A stretch of DNA of 64,000 nt from an uncultured Planctomycetota bacterium. GTDB taxonomy: Bacteria > Planctomycetota > PLA2 > JAEUHO01. Made by a program: the position numbers and the translations under genes. Location: the NCBI GenBank assembly GCA_963752285.1, contig CAVVXN010000005.1, positions 2,175,284 through 2,239,283 of the forward strand, in the 5' to 3' direction. Shown in pieces: positions 1 through 9,740 of this stretch (position 1 is the stretch's first letter; each line of letters opens with the position of its first letter). The notes below the pieces were generated by a model, which was not told the DNA's origin, ran no database searches, and was given only the letters and a program-made list of their open reading frames with translations.

Positions 1-845
1 GGGCATCCACCGGGGCTCGGGGACTCCCGATAGCCGCCACGTTCTGACGGCGTGAATCCGCCCCGGCGTCGCAACGGTCTCCTGCCTCCCTGCGCAAGAC
101 CCCGGAGCAGAGGCGCCCCCGGGCGCTGGGTGCCGTTCCCCGTCCTCCGCGGAGGAGGGGACCGTGTGCCAGCAGGCGCGCGTGGGCCGGCATTTCCGGG
201 GGCAGCCCGAGCCCTGGCCGGCGTGGGCGCCTCCTGTCCCTGCGTGTTGATGGGCAGTCCCCTTCCTGCGGCCCAGTCGATGCGGTGATCCTCAAGGCCC
301 AGCGGCATATGCGGGGCACCCTCGGCATCCATCTCAAGGGCGCGTCGGGCGATCTTCTCCTTCTGACTGCGGAGCTTCCGATGTAGCGAGTGCACCATGT
401 CGGTGAACCGACTGCTAAGCGGAGAGAAGGTGAAGTCCCAATTGATGGCCTCTTCCATCGGGTCAGGGAAGTCCCATGAGTACGGATACGGTTTCACCTT
501 CTCGAACGTCCGGGAAGAGTCAAAGTTCAGGACACCACGCCGCACTTGGCCGCGCTTCTGTTTCCGTTGGAGCGCGGCGTAAAGGACGCTGGCATCGCCT
601 GCGACGGCCGTGTCCAGCGTCTTCTTGCCGTTCCACTTGACAACCTCCTCTGGCGAGGTTGCCTCAAGGACTAGTCGGACATTGGGGTGTGTCGTTGGTT
701 TGCGGAACTTTTGGAGGACCGCCTCCTGCATCTTGGTCTTGCCGACGCCGTTTGGCCCACCGATCACCACTGTGTCGGAGAGGTTGTCGACAGCGAAGTG
801 CTTGAGGGGGGGGTAATCTCTGATCTCGATGGAGGTGAGCCGCAT
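1..845 (-). CDS. P-loop NTPase (RecF/SMC/AAA_23-like, abortive-infection type ATPase), 5' end complete, runs off window
   Basis: Minus-strand translation from ATG at 845..843 reads MRLTSIEIRDYPPLKHFAVDNLSDTVVIGGPNGVGKTKMQEAVLQKF. This is a canonical N-terminal Walker A motif. The frame stays open to position 1, so it is absent from the ORF track (no stop in window). The distal part is low-complexity. Confidence 0.5.
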   Translation of the reverse strand, partial: MRLTSIEIRDYPPLKHFAVDNLSDTVVIGGPNGVGKTKMQEAVLQKFRKPTTHPNVRLVLEATSPEEVVKWNGKKTLDTAVAGDASVLYAALQRKQKRGQVRRGVLNFDSSRTFEKVKPYPYSWDFPDPMEEAINWDFTFSPLSSRFTDMVHSLHRKLRSQKEKIARRALEMDAEGAPHMPLGLEDHRIDWAAGRGLPINTQGQEAPTPARARAAPGNAGPRAPAGTRSPPPRRTGNGTQRPGAPLLRGLAQGGRRPLRRRGGFTPSERGGYRESPSPGGC

Positions 846-1026
846 GCGGTGGAGGGTATCAGGCACGCGCCAGACGAGCGATGAGAGTTCCCCACATCCA
901 TTGACTGCCTCGGCGGCCGAGCTACTTGCCTGATAGCGGGCCCATGCTCAGCGATTCGCGAGCCGCGCCTTCGCGGCCTTCGCCCGAAGCGGCGCCGTGA
1001 TCCGCTCTACCGTCGCGTCCAGCGGC

Positions 1027-1413
1027 TCAACCCGGTCCACGAGCCCGAGCCCGTTCGCCTCGCCCGCAAGCCAGACGGACCAGCGCGTCGGCGGTCCACT
1101 CGCCCGAGATGCGGGGCGAGTTGAGAGCGAGGTTGAGGGCCTTCTCCTCGGCCTCCTCGACGTCGATCACGACGACGTCGGTGGTCTCGACCCCCTTCGC
1201 TTCCAGGATCTTCAGCCGCTGGTGACCGCCGACGACGTTGCCGCTGCGGGCGTTGACGATGATCGGCTGCACGAGGCCGTAGCGTCCGATCGACTCGCCC
1301 AGGCCGGCCAGGGCCTCGGTCGAGATCGTGCGGGGGTTGTAGGCCGCGGGCACGAGGTCCGAGACGCGGCGGCTCTCCAGGCGGACGCGGCCGAGATTCA
1401 AAGGGGCGACCAT
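1027..1413 (-). CDS. ParB-like nuclease domain protein, truncated relative to copy 2
   Basis: Internal start MVAPLNLGRV at 1413 sits in an ATGA overlap with the upstream stop. It reads DLVPAAYNPRTISTEALAGLGESIGRYGLVQPIIV...GGHQRLKILEAKG...ISGEWTADAL, a ParB/Srx N-terminal domain. In copy 2 the same domain continues into a methyltransferase; here it ends after 17 divergent residues. Confidence 0.6.
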   Translation of the reverse strand: MVAPLNLGRVRLESRRVSDLVPAAYNPRTISTEALAGLGESIGRYGLVQPIIVNARSGNVVGGHQRLKILEAKGVETTDVVVIDVEEAEEKALNLALNSPRISGEWTADALVRLACGRGERARARGPG

Positions 1414-1667
1414 CAGGGGGCCTCCGGGGGCGGGGTGGCGGCCGGGCTCTCGTCGGCGGGAGGCGAGCCGAGAGCGGCCGAGAGCGGAGAGCCGAGAGCG
1501 GCGGGGGGGAGCGGTTCCAGCAGATCCAGGGGGACGAGAGCGGCGACCGGGCAGCCGTGGCGGGTGAGGACCACCGGCTCGCCGCCCTCCTGGACGGCCC
1601 GGACCACGGCCCGGAGCGTCGCCCGGAGGCGCCGGACCGCCACGGTGCGGGGTGCGGGGGCGGTCAC
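1413..1667 (-). CDS. Phd/YefM-like antitoxin-domain protein, paralog 2
   Basis: VAVRRLRATLRAVVRAVQEGGEPVVLTRHGCPVAALVP resembles the Phd/YefM N-terminus. It is a tandem paralog of the next gene, with a 4-nt ATGA overlap. Confidence 0.45.
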   Translation of the reverse strand: MTAPAPRTVAVRRLRATLRAVVRAVQEGGEPVVLTRHGCPVAALVPLDLLEPLPPAALGSPLSAALGSPPADESPAATPPPEAP

Positions 1668-1915
1668 GGCGCCGCCTCCTCGGGGCCCGGCGCGCGGCCC
1701 AGGCCCGGGGCCTCGGGGTCAGGCTCGCCGAGCCCGGCCGCCACATCGGCCACGTCGGGGAGCAGGCGGCCCAGGAGGTCCAGCGCCTCGAGCGCCCCGT
1801 GCGGGACCAGGGCGGCGACGGGGCGCCCGCGGCGCATCAGGACGATCCGCTCCCCGTCCTCCTCGACGGCGCGGACCAGGGCGTACAGGGAGCCCTTCGC
1901 GGACTTCAGTCCCAC
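1664..1915 (-). CDS. Phd/YefM-like antitoxin-domain protein, paralog 1
   Basis: MGLKSAKGSLYALVRAVEEDGERIVLMRRGRPVAALVPHGALEALDLL matches the Phd/YefM fold. No cognate toxin gene is adjacent. Confidence 0.5.
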   Translation of the reverse strand: MGLKSAKGSLYALVRAVEEDGERIVLMRRGRPVAALVPHGALEALDLLGRLLPDVADVAAGLGEPDPEAPGLGRAPGPEEAAP

Positions 1916-1921
1916 GCGCGA

Positions 1922-2404
1922 TCACGGCCGCCTCCCGGGAAGGGACCCCCGCGGAGGTCCATTTCCAGGGCTCTCCGGGCCGCCGGAGGCGTTTTGGCTA
2001 TCCCGTGAAAATCGACGCATGCCCCGCGCCCCGCTCGGGGCGGCCGAGGCCCGAGAGCTCGGAGGCCCCCCCTCCCCTGCCTTCAGCCGAGCACGCTCGG
2101 CCGCGCTCTTCCGCGCGTGGCAGGCCGTGCAGGTCGGGGCGAGGTTGGCGCGGTCGAACGCGAGCTCGGGGGCCACGGCCAGCGGGACGACGTGGTCCAC
2201 CTGCGTGGCGAGGACGGTCAGCCCGAGCCGCGCGCACTCACGGCAGAGCGGTTCGTCGCGGAGCACCTGCGCGCGCACGGCCCGCCAGCGGGCGGACCCG
2301 TGGATGCGCGCAACGGCCGGGTCGCGGCGGGCGCGGTTGTACTCCTGGTCCGCGTGGCGGCGGCTGCGTAGGATCCCAGCGAGCGTGCGCGGCTTCGAAG
2401 GCAT
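1922..2404 (-). CDS. HNH endonuclease (phage-type)
   Basis: CRECARLG...HVVPLAVAPELAFDRANLAPTCTACHARK carries the HNH Cys/His pattern. It is first in a minus-strand operon with the Phd-like and ParB genes. Confidence 0.7.
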   Translation of the reverse strand: MPSKPRTLAGILRSRRHADQEYNRARRDPAVARIHGSARWRAVRAQVLRDEPLCRECARLGLTVLATQVDHVVPLAVAPELAFDRANLAPTCTACHARKSAAERARLKAGEGGPPSSRASAAPSGARGMRRFSRDSQNASGGPESPGNGPPRGSLPGRRP

Positions 2405-2553
2405 CGGCGCCTCGAGGCGCGCCGGCTGGGATCAGCGCGGTGAGAGGCTACCACGCTCTGGTGACGCACGCCACGTGCCAGGGGGACCGCATCACGACCG
2501 TCCGAAGCGACGGTCGTTGGCCAGGATACCCCGTCGAGCCCGCTTCCCGTCCG

Positions 2554-2889
2554 CTATCGGCCGGACCGCTTCAGAGTAGGCGACCATTCGACCGGTGTGC
2601 CATCCTCGGCGACATCGATGGACGTCGTCACCGGCAAGTACCCGTCCTTCTTCAGACGGATCTCGACAGAACCGGCGTCGAGGTAGAGCAACAAGCCTCC
2701 GAGATCCGGCCGGATAGGACGCTGATACGGTACAGCTGAGAGCCATGTGTCCACGCTGACCTGGGCGGTCTTGCTTGTGAGCGTGTACGAGAATTCACGA
2801 ATCGAAACGCCATCCTCCGTCTGTGGGGTGAGGTTCACAATGCCGCCAGCAAGCGTGACGGACACCTCCTCCTCATCACGACCGGCCAC
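2554..2889 (-). CDS. hypothetical protein
   Basis: 111-aa ORF with normal composition and codon bias. No recognisable motif. Confidence 0.4.
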   Translation of the reverse strand: MAGRDEEEVSVTLAGGIVNLTPQTEDGVSIREFSYTLTSKTAQVSVDTWLSAVPYQRPIRPDLGGLLLYLDAGSVEIRLKKDGYLPVTTSIDVAEDGTPVEWSPTLKRSGR

Positions 2890-3039
2890 TACATGGAATG
2901 GAGCTCGTTCGACTGGCGTGGTCCAGCTCAGGCTCGATCCCTCATGCGCGCGCCCTCACGGCGTAGCGCCCCTCCGCGAGAGGCAAAGAGAGCGGTGCAC
3001 TCAAGCGCGGAAGATCACTGGCATATATGATGTAATATA

Positions 3040-5950
3040 GGTAAGCTTATAGCAGTACGCTGTAGCGATGCGGAGAAGAAGGGAGCAGTAGAACGGAGCA
3101 CGTTTGCACATTGCACCTGAAGCTGACACTGCATAGAGGACCAGCGTCGCAGACGGCTAGAGGGCTATAGGCACTGGATAGCTCGGCTCGGAGGAGAGGC
3201 GCACAGGAACCTAGACGAAGCGGTTCTCGTAGAAAGCGGCTCTTACGATGACACGAACGGTAGGAGCAAGGCTTGTACATCTGCAAGGAGGAAGACGGCT
3301 AGAATAAAGCTCTGCGTAACGAGCTAGGGTTCGTTGCAGGACACCTCAAGCTGCGACCACAGTGATACAGAATCACATGCTGGCTGAAGCTCTTGAAGAG
3401 GATATATAGAGAGTTCATACGAAGCGTACAGATCGCAGTCTTAGTCGCTGTGTCAACAGCGACAGCCTCAAGGACGTATAGAGCTCTCAACTCAAGGATT
3501 GCGTAGTGCGCATATATAGGCGAGACAACGAGGGGCGCGGCTACGGATGCACTGGAAAACAAGGCTTTGCGCGCGCGGACCTTCATTGCATGCTGAGGCA
3601 GCTCAAAAATCTGGAACAGCTAGTCTGCGTCAGACACCGCAGATCAGAATTCTGGTGCTGCGGCGTGGCCAAAGAGCAACTCAGAGCTCGCTCAGAAGTC
3701 TTCTCACAGGCGTACACAGGCTTCAACGGTGGCGCCGGCCACGGGAGCACCACTAAGATCAACGACTCTGCCAATAATGCACTCTCCGCGGTACAGCTCG
3801 ACATGAAACGGCTGGGATGTTGGCTGAACCTGGGTTCCCGATACGTAGGGGAGGAAAAAAAATGAGTAAGATATAAAAAATAGTGAAAGATAAATGGTAG
3901 GGAATGAGAAGAAAAATGAAAAGATATAATATGTAAGGGAGATAGTATATGGTTGTGAAGATAAGAAGAAAGAAGAGGAGGAGATAAATAAAAGAAAAAA
4001 AGATAGAGGTTGATGAGATGAATAAGTAAATATGAAGTGGATTGATAGATAGTAGATGATGATGGAAGATAAATGGGAAGAGGAGGAGGGAGGTTATGTT
4101 ATGGGAAATAAGATGAAAAAGAGAGTAAGTTAGGCTATTAAGTAGTGGATTAAGTGCTCTGTGATGGGTTAGATAGATTATAGAAATGGAAATGATGAAG
4201 TGTAGGTAAGTTCACAGAAATATGGATAGCGAAGATAAGGAAGAGAACTATATATGAAGATAGGGGAAGCTAGATGTATATAAAATATGGATGGAAAAAT
4301 TAGGTAAGAATGGAGAGGAAGAATAGGAAGAGAATAAAAGATGTAAGAGAAGTGTGGAGTGAAGGAGGAAGAGGAAATAGATGATAGAAGAAAGTGAAGA
4401 TAGAAGGGGTTTAAAGGAGAAAATATATTATATAAAGGAGGAGGAGAAGAAGAGATAATAGAAGAATAGATAGCAGTAGAAGCAGATATGGAATAAGGAG
4501 GGATAAGAGGACTAAGACCTACAACCACACCAGCACTCTTGCCCCCAAGAGGGCAGTGACTCGGGTAGGTATCGCATGAGAAGACTGGCTGCGTAGTGGT
4601 CTCACACTGCGATCTTGGCGGCGCTAACGACGAGCGAACAGACGCCTAGAAGCAATGCCGAGTAGTTGCGGCCAGCGCTCATAGTAAACTCCCCCCCTCG
4701 CAGAGTAGCGGGCGCCGTGCGACCAGACCTATCGCACGGCACTAGGATGGTTAGAGCGGAATGCTATGCAGAATATCTCACTACAGAACGCAAGGGCAGG
4801 TCAGTGTCTGAGGGTAGCTGTGGATGGGAGTATAAATAGGTTAGCAACACTGCGGCGAAGGAATATGTTCTGAATCGCAGAAGGAGATGTCAGGGATAGA
4901 TTTGATGTAGTGCAAAGTAGAGACGCAGGGGTTAATAGCGCGAAGTGCGCAGGCGCAATAAGTAGTTTGTGAAGATGATAGTGATGCTGTAGCAGGTGTC
5001 ACTAGACTACGCGTCACAGGTGGTCTGGGGACACCCGTAGTATGAGTACAAGTAGTAGCTTTTGACGGGGTATCAAGTGAGGGTCAAGATATGCTGGCAC
5101 TGAGAGGTAGTGGCAAACGATTGTCTCGCAATGACTCAGAATATCACTACGATCGCTGACAGGATCGACAGAAACTGCAGCTTGTGCATCACTTCTCTCC
5201 TTCTCCGGCCGTCGGGCCTCCCCCACACGGGCAAGCCTAGTCCGGCCGCCACGGTAGACTCGCTCCCCGAGTCACGAGGAAGTGACAGCCATGGCGGGCG
5301 TGAACGATTTCTGAACATCTCATGCGGGGGCCCTTCGGCCGGGCCGAGCTACAGTAACTCTTGTTTATAGGGCTATATGTAGCAGAGGAGGAGGTACAGA
5401 GAGAGGATGGCGGACAGAGACGTTTTTCAGTTCTTACTCGAGACGAACAACAGTGACTCGCGGTAGCGCAGAAACTAGCTCTCGGCGTACACACACCAGA
5501 AGAGGTTCTCGACGATCGTGGTATGACAGGGCTATAGGTAGAAGGGCTCGCTGGATAGCTCGCTCTATACGAACAGGAGCATGTAGTGGAAGAAGATGAT
5601 AGCGCGGAGTGAGAGAGAGACGTAGAAGCGCTGCGACGGGAGCGCGTCGCTGACGGGTCGTAGCGGGGATCTCTGTACGGCAGACCTGCTCGAGCGTGGC
5701 GTAGCAAAAAGAGGAGATAGGGGAAGTGGGATAAGGCAGCGCTCATAAGCGGAGATAAGGGGCTGGAAGTAGTGCTAGAGAGCGGGTGTATGGGGCAGGA
5801 GCGGCTAGACACGAGCGGCGCGCGCGCGGCCGGCGTCATCGAGAACTGGCTCTCCAAGCGAAGCAGGTGCTCGGAGAACTGGAGCGAGAGATGGAGTTGC
5901 GGGTACGGACGGACGCGCAAGACTCGCGCTTAGCGTTCTTGACAGGGTGA
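3040..5950. other. Non-coding compositional island (~50% GC), purine-rich on + strand, rich in TAG and CTAG
   Basis: No convincing ORF on either strand; the listed ORFs here are low-complexity. GC drops from ~70% to ~50%. The + strand is strongly A+G biased. TAG occurs about once per 24 bp in 3041..3300. CTAG, normally avoided in bacteria, is frequent. Confidence 0.6.
3846..4510 (+). repeat. C-depleted polypurine/A-tract segment (~665 bp, ~11 C total)
   Basis: My line-by-line count gives about 1.6% C, ~50% A, ~31% G, ~17% T. Many phased A5-A8 tracts occur, and no tandem periodicity is visible. Confidence 0.8.
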
Positions 5951-6253
5951 GCGTGGATGGACTTAAGAAGGAACGAGATGAGGTTGTATCACACGGGGAA
6001 GAGCTCGCAGTAGCGGGTGAAGGAGCGCGAGTATACGCGGCAGAGGAGCTAAGCGGCGCGGAGCTGCGGGAGGACCTCGTCACACACGGCGGCGGCCTCG
6101 GGGGGGAGCGCGGCGGGACGCGGGGGCGCCTCGGGCTCGGGCCGGGGTTGGCTCGGGCGCGTCGCCGCGCGCCAGCTCCCGCGCAGAGCGAGCTTCTTCG
6201 TCGGCGTCGGGGCGGGGCCGGGCTTAGGCACAGGCCGCCTGAGAAGCAGATTC

Positions 6254-6565
6254 TCAGAAACGCATGGGGATCCCGAGTTCGGTCGCGATCCCGATCTCGG
6301 CGGCCACGCCCCGGCTCCCCTTCCAGCCGTCGAGGGCGAGCACGACGAGCTCGCGGCAGGCCGCCATCATCTCGCGGTTGTGCTCGGCCCAGAACGGCCA
6401 GTCGCCCGGCAGGCCCAGCTCCGCGAGCGCGTGGCTGTGGACGATCGGCGAGTACACGAGCCGGCCGCCACGCATGAGGCGCACGGCGTGCCAGCACGCC
6501 TGCTGGTAGCGGGTCGCCCGGACGGCCGGGTCGGAGTGCGAGTACGGAGAGGCGAGGTACAACAT
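6254..6565 (-). CDS. DUF1937-like (nucleoside 2-deoxyribosyltransferase-like) phage-associated protein
   Basis: MLYLASPYSHSDPAVRATRYQQACWHAVRLMRGGRLVYSPIVHSHALAELGLPGDWPFWAEHNREMMAACRELVVLALDGWKGSRGVAAEIGIATELGIP. The upstream part of the 314-aa ORF is antisense junk. Confidence 0.55.
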   Translation of the reverse strand: MLYLASPYSHSDPAVRATRYQQACWHAVRLMRGGRLVYSPIVHSHALAELGLPGDWPFWAEHNREMMAACRELVVLALDGWKGSRGVAAEIGIATELGIPMRF

Positions 6566-8112
6566 CAGCTCTTCGCCTTCCTCCGCGCCTTTCGCGCGGG
6601 CGGCGTCGTGCTCTCGCGCTTCGCCTTCCGGCCCGTCACCGTCTCCCAGCGCTCGACGATCACGTCGCGTGTAGGCGGGGTCGAGCTCCATGAGGAACGC
6701 GTGCCGGCCGAGTCTGCTCGCAGGCCATGAGCGTCGAGCCCGCTGCCGCCGAAGAGATCGAGCACGTTCTCGCCCGGCCTCGAGGAGTACTGGATCGCGC
6801 GCGCCGCGAGCTCGACGGGCTTCTCGGTCAGGTGGACCATCGTCTGCGGCGTTGACCTTCTTCACGCTCCCAGAGGTCCGGCGTTGTTCGGGGCCCGAAG
6901 AACTCGTGCGCGGCGCCTTCCCTCCACGCCGTAGAAGCACCACTCGTGGGCACCCATGAAGTCCTTGCGCGTGAGCACCGGGTGCTGCTTGTCCCAGATG
7001 ATCGCCTGGGAGAAGTAGAAGCCCGCCTCCTTCAACGCCGGCGGGTAGTTCGCGACGTTCGCGTAGCCGCCCCAGATGTAGAACCGCGCGCCCGGGCAGC
7101 AGCACGCGCGCGGCGTTGCCGAACCAGGCGCGCAGCAGCTGCTCGAACTCCTCGTCGGAGACGAAGTCGTTCTCGAGCGGCCGGTCCTTCGCCCGCATCT
7201 TCCGGTGCGTGGGCTTCGCCTTCTCGGGGTGCCGCGCGAGGTCGAGCCCCTGGTGGTGGCGCTTCTCGTGCGCCGTGAACGACGAGAGCCCGGCGCGCGA
7301 TCGCGTTGTTCGAGCGCGGCTCGACCTTCACGTTGTAGGGCGGGTCGGTGTTCACGCAGATGGATCGGGCGCGCCGGCGAGCAGCCGGTCGAGGTCCTCG
7401 CGCGCTGCCGCGTGTCGCCGCAGAGCAGCCGGTGGTGGCCGAGCACCCAGAGGTCGCCGGGCTTCGTGACCGGGTCGTCGGGCGGCTCGGGGACCGGGTC
7501 CTCGACGATGTCGCCGGCCTCCTGCGGGAAGAGCTTCTCCAGGTCGCCCCGGAGGCCGGAGAGGAGCAGCGCGTCGCCGAGGTCGGGCAGCGCGCCGACG
7601 ACCTCCTCGAGCAGGCCGAGCGCGTCGGCGGTCCACTCGCCCGAGATGCGGGGGGAGTTGAGAGCGAGGTTGAGTGCCTTCTCCTCGGCCTCCTCGACGT
7701 CGATCACGACGACGTCGGTCGCCTCGACGCCCTTCCCCTCCAGCACCTTCAACCGCTGGTGAGGATCACGCGCTCGCCGCCCTCCTGGACGGCCCGAACC
7801 ACGGCCCGGAGCGTCGCGCGGAGACGGCGGACGGCGACGGTGCGGGGGGCGGGCGCGGTCACGGCGCCGCCTCCTCGGGGCCCGGAGCGGGGCCCAACCC
7901 CGGGGCGTCGGAGTCGGGTCGGCGAGCCCGGCTGCCACGTCGGCGACGTCGGGGAGCAGGCGGCCGAGGAGGTAGAGCGCCTCGAGCGCCGTGCGGGACC
8001 AGGGCGGCGACGGGGCGCCGCGCGCGTCAGGACGATCCGCTCCCGTCCTCCTCGACGGCGCGGACCAGGGCGTAGAGCGCACCTTCGCGGACTTCAGTCC
8101 CACGGCGATCAC
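6565..8112 (-). pseudogene. ParB-domain fused N6/N4 DNA methyltransferase, frameshifted and 5'-fused to a Phd remnant
   Basis: Three frames carry consecutive parts of one gene. First comes the ParB domain (HQRLKVLEGKGVEATDVVVIDVEEAEEKALNLALNSPRISGEWTADAL...GDLWVLGHHRLLCGD). Then the DPPY motif (NTDPPYNVKV, 7032..7355). Then motif I (PVELAARAIQYSSRPGENVLDLFGGSG, 6565..6840). The N-terminus is a Phd-like remnant joined by the 1218..1563-equivalent deletion. Confidence 0.6.
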
Positions 8113-8628
8113 GGCCGCCTCCCGGGAGGGGACCCCCGCGGAGGTCCATTTCCAGGGCTCTCCGGGCCGCCGGAGGCGTTTCGGCTAACCCGTGAAAAGC
8201 GACGCACGCCCCGCGCCCCGCTCGTGGCGCCCGCGGCGTGAGAGCTCGGAGCTCCCCCCCTCCCCTGCCTTCAGCCGAGCACGCTCGGCCGCGCTCTTCA
8301 GGCCGTGGCAGGCGGTGCACGTAGGGGCTAGAGGTTCGACAGCACGAACGCGAGTTCGGGGGCCACGGCCAGGGGGACGACGTGGTCCACCTGCGTGGCG
8401 AGGACGGTCAGCCCGAGGCGCGCGCACTCGCGGCAGAGGGGCTCGTCGCGGAGGACCTGGGCCCGGACAGCCTGCCACCGGGCGGAACCGTGGATGCGCG
8501 CAATGACCGGGTCGCGGCGGGCGCGGTTGTACTCGCGGTCCGCGTGGCGGCGGTGTCGCAGGATCCCAGCGAGCGTGCGCGGCTTCGAAGGCATCGGTGC
8601 CTCGGCTCGCGCCGGCTGGGATCAGCGC
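7618..8628. repeat. Direct repeat copy 2 of phage module (degenerate)
   Basis: Matches 1075..2437. Its Phd copy is frameshifted (…ALYALVRAVEEDGSGSS then a frame change). Its HNH copy is split across two frames. Confidence 0.7.
8185..8594 (-). pseudogene. HNH endonuclease, copy 2, frameshifted
   Basis: 8328..8594 encodes the N-terminal 88 aa, near-identical to the 1922..2404 product. 8185..8478 in another frame carries ...APTCTACHGLKSAAERARLKAGEGG. Confidence 0.6.
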
Positions 8629-8753
8629 ACATGAATACTACTGGCGTGCGATCAACGCGCGCCCCGATTTGTAATTCGGCCTGGGACTAACTGCCCGGTA
8701 GACGCGCACGGCGGGCCGCACATATCATCTCAAGTGTTGATTAGGAGGAAGTC

Positions 8754-9089
8754 ATGAGAGTTTCTCTGAGCTTGCTGCTGCTCGCGGTCCTCATCCTGTC
8801 GAGCGCTGGCTACGCCATGGCAAAGGCGAGCGTGACCACAGGCCCCTGCATAACAGGAGGCGGCGTGTTTCTGCAGGTTGATGACACGTATGCCACGACC
8901 ATACGGTGCGCGATCACGATCATCTGCCCTCCAAGTGGGCCGCCCTACAAACGGGGTTGCAAGTCCACCACGGGCACGTGCAAGGCCTTCAATCCTCACA
9001 AGCCTTGCGAAGATCCTATGGGCTATGTGTATCTGAACGGGAGTCTGGTGGGACAAGGTGTTCCGTATAGCACACTAAGCGGCTGCTAG
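8754..9089 (+). CDS. small secreted cysteine-rich protein (8 Cys)
   Basis: Strong SD (aggagg) 7 nt upstream. Signal peptide MRVSLSLLLLAVLILSSAGYAMA. The mature ~88 aa carry 8 Cys. Local GC is ~55%. Confidence 0.6.
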   Translation: MRVSLSLLLLAVLILSSAGYAMAKASVTTGPCITGGGVFLQVDDTYATTIRCAITIICPPSGPPYKRGCKSTTGTCKAFNPHKPCEDPMGYVYLNGSLVGQGVPYSTLSGC

Positions 9090-9121
9090 TCACGGCGACG
9101 AGAACGGAGGAGTTCCGTACC

Positions 9122-9544
9122 ATGAGAAACGCACGGTTGGCACTTATCGTGGTAGGGCTTGCGGTATTGGCGACCGGTTTCGTCATTCTGCGACGTGCTC
9201 CCAGTGCGTCCGCTGACGACGCCAACCATGTGACTGGCCTCGCGCTAGGCACATTCGATTTCGACGGGACGACCGAGAGTTCGGTCAACGCTACTTTTTC
9301 GAGCACCGATTCGCAAGATGAGAGGCTCGTCGCGGAACTGTACCTGACCCCTGTCGGCGGGTCGGAAGCACTCGACTCAAGGGGCGAGACTTCGCGTAAT
9401 GGTGTGACGGGCGCCATTTCTCTTACGACCGCAGTCAATGAGACCCCACTCAGTTCCGGCGATCAGATTAGGGCAGTGTTCACTGCCTACGACAGTGGGG
9501 GCGGCTCGACATTCACATATCAGCGTACCTGGACGAAGCCCTAG
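9122..9544 (+). CDS. signal-anchored / secreted hypothetical protein
   Basis: SD ggagg. N-terminal TM/signal LALIVVGLAVLATGFVIL. The remainder is Ser/Thr/Gly-rich. Co-oriented immediately downstream of the Cys-rich gene. Confidence 0.55.
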   Translation: MRNARLALIVVGLAVLATGFVILRRAPSASADDANHVTGLALGTFDFDGTTESSVNATFSSTDSQDERLVAELYLTPVGGSEALDSRGETSRNGVTGAISLTTAVNETPLSSGDQIRAVFTAYDSGGGSTFTYQRTWTKP

Positions 9545-9740
9545 CCACGCTGCGCGCGTGAGCGAGCCCGGTGCTTCCGGACCCACCGCGCGCAGGCGTC
9601 GTAGCCCATCTCCTCGGCGATCCGCTCGACCGCCGGCCGGTCGAGCATGTTCGTGAGGCCCGATATCCTGACGGCCTCGAGCCCCTCGTGGACGTCGGGG
9701 GGGACGCGCACGGCGTCCCCCCCGGTCTGCCGGCCCGTCA
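9541..9740 (-). CDS. small conserved hypothetical protein, paralog A
   Basis: AVRVPPDVHEGLEAVRISGLTNMLDRPAVERIAEEMGYDACARWVRKHRAR is ~80% identical (DNA and protein) to the 17314..17541 product. The true start is uncertain; GTG is possible. Confidence 0.45.

Larger units (their letters stand above)
1075..2437. repeat. Direct repeat copy 1 of phage module (ParB-domain, 2x Phd-like, HNH)
   Basis: Near-identical DNA to 7618..8628 (for example gcgtcggcggtccactcgcccgagatgcgggg... and ...ggcatcgg(c/t)gcctcg...ctgggatcagcgc). Copy 1 is ~350 bp longer because copy 2 lacks 1218..1563. Confidence 0.7.

Noticed and set aside
806-813. G8 homopolymer as a possible phase-variable frameshift in the ATPase gene
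   Set aside because: On careful recount the tract is in frame (it encodes ...DYPPLK...), so there is no frameshift.
997-2739. 580-aa + strand ORF overlapping the HNH/Phd/ParB operon
   Set aside because: It is Arg/Pro/Ala-rich low-complexity sequence on the strand opposite to well-supported genes.
5237-5920. 227-aa Ser/Thr/Pro-rich minus-strand ORF and other ORFs within 3040..5950
   Set aside because: These are low-complexity products of the pyrimidine-rich strand, with no RBS or codon-bias support. The region is treated as non-coding.
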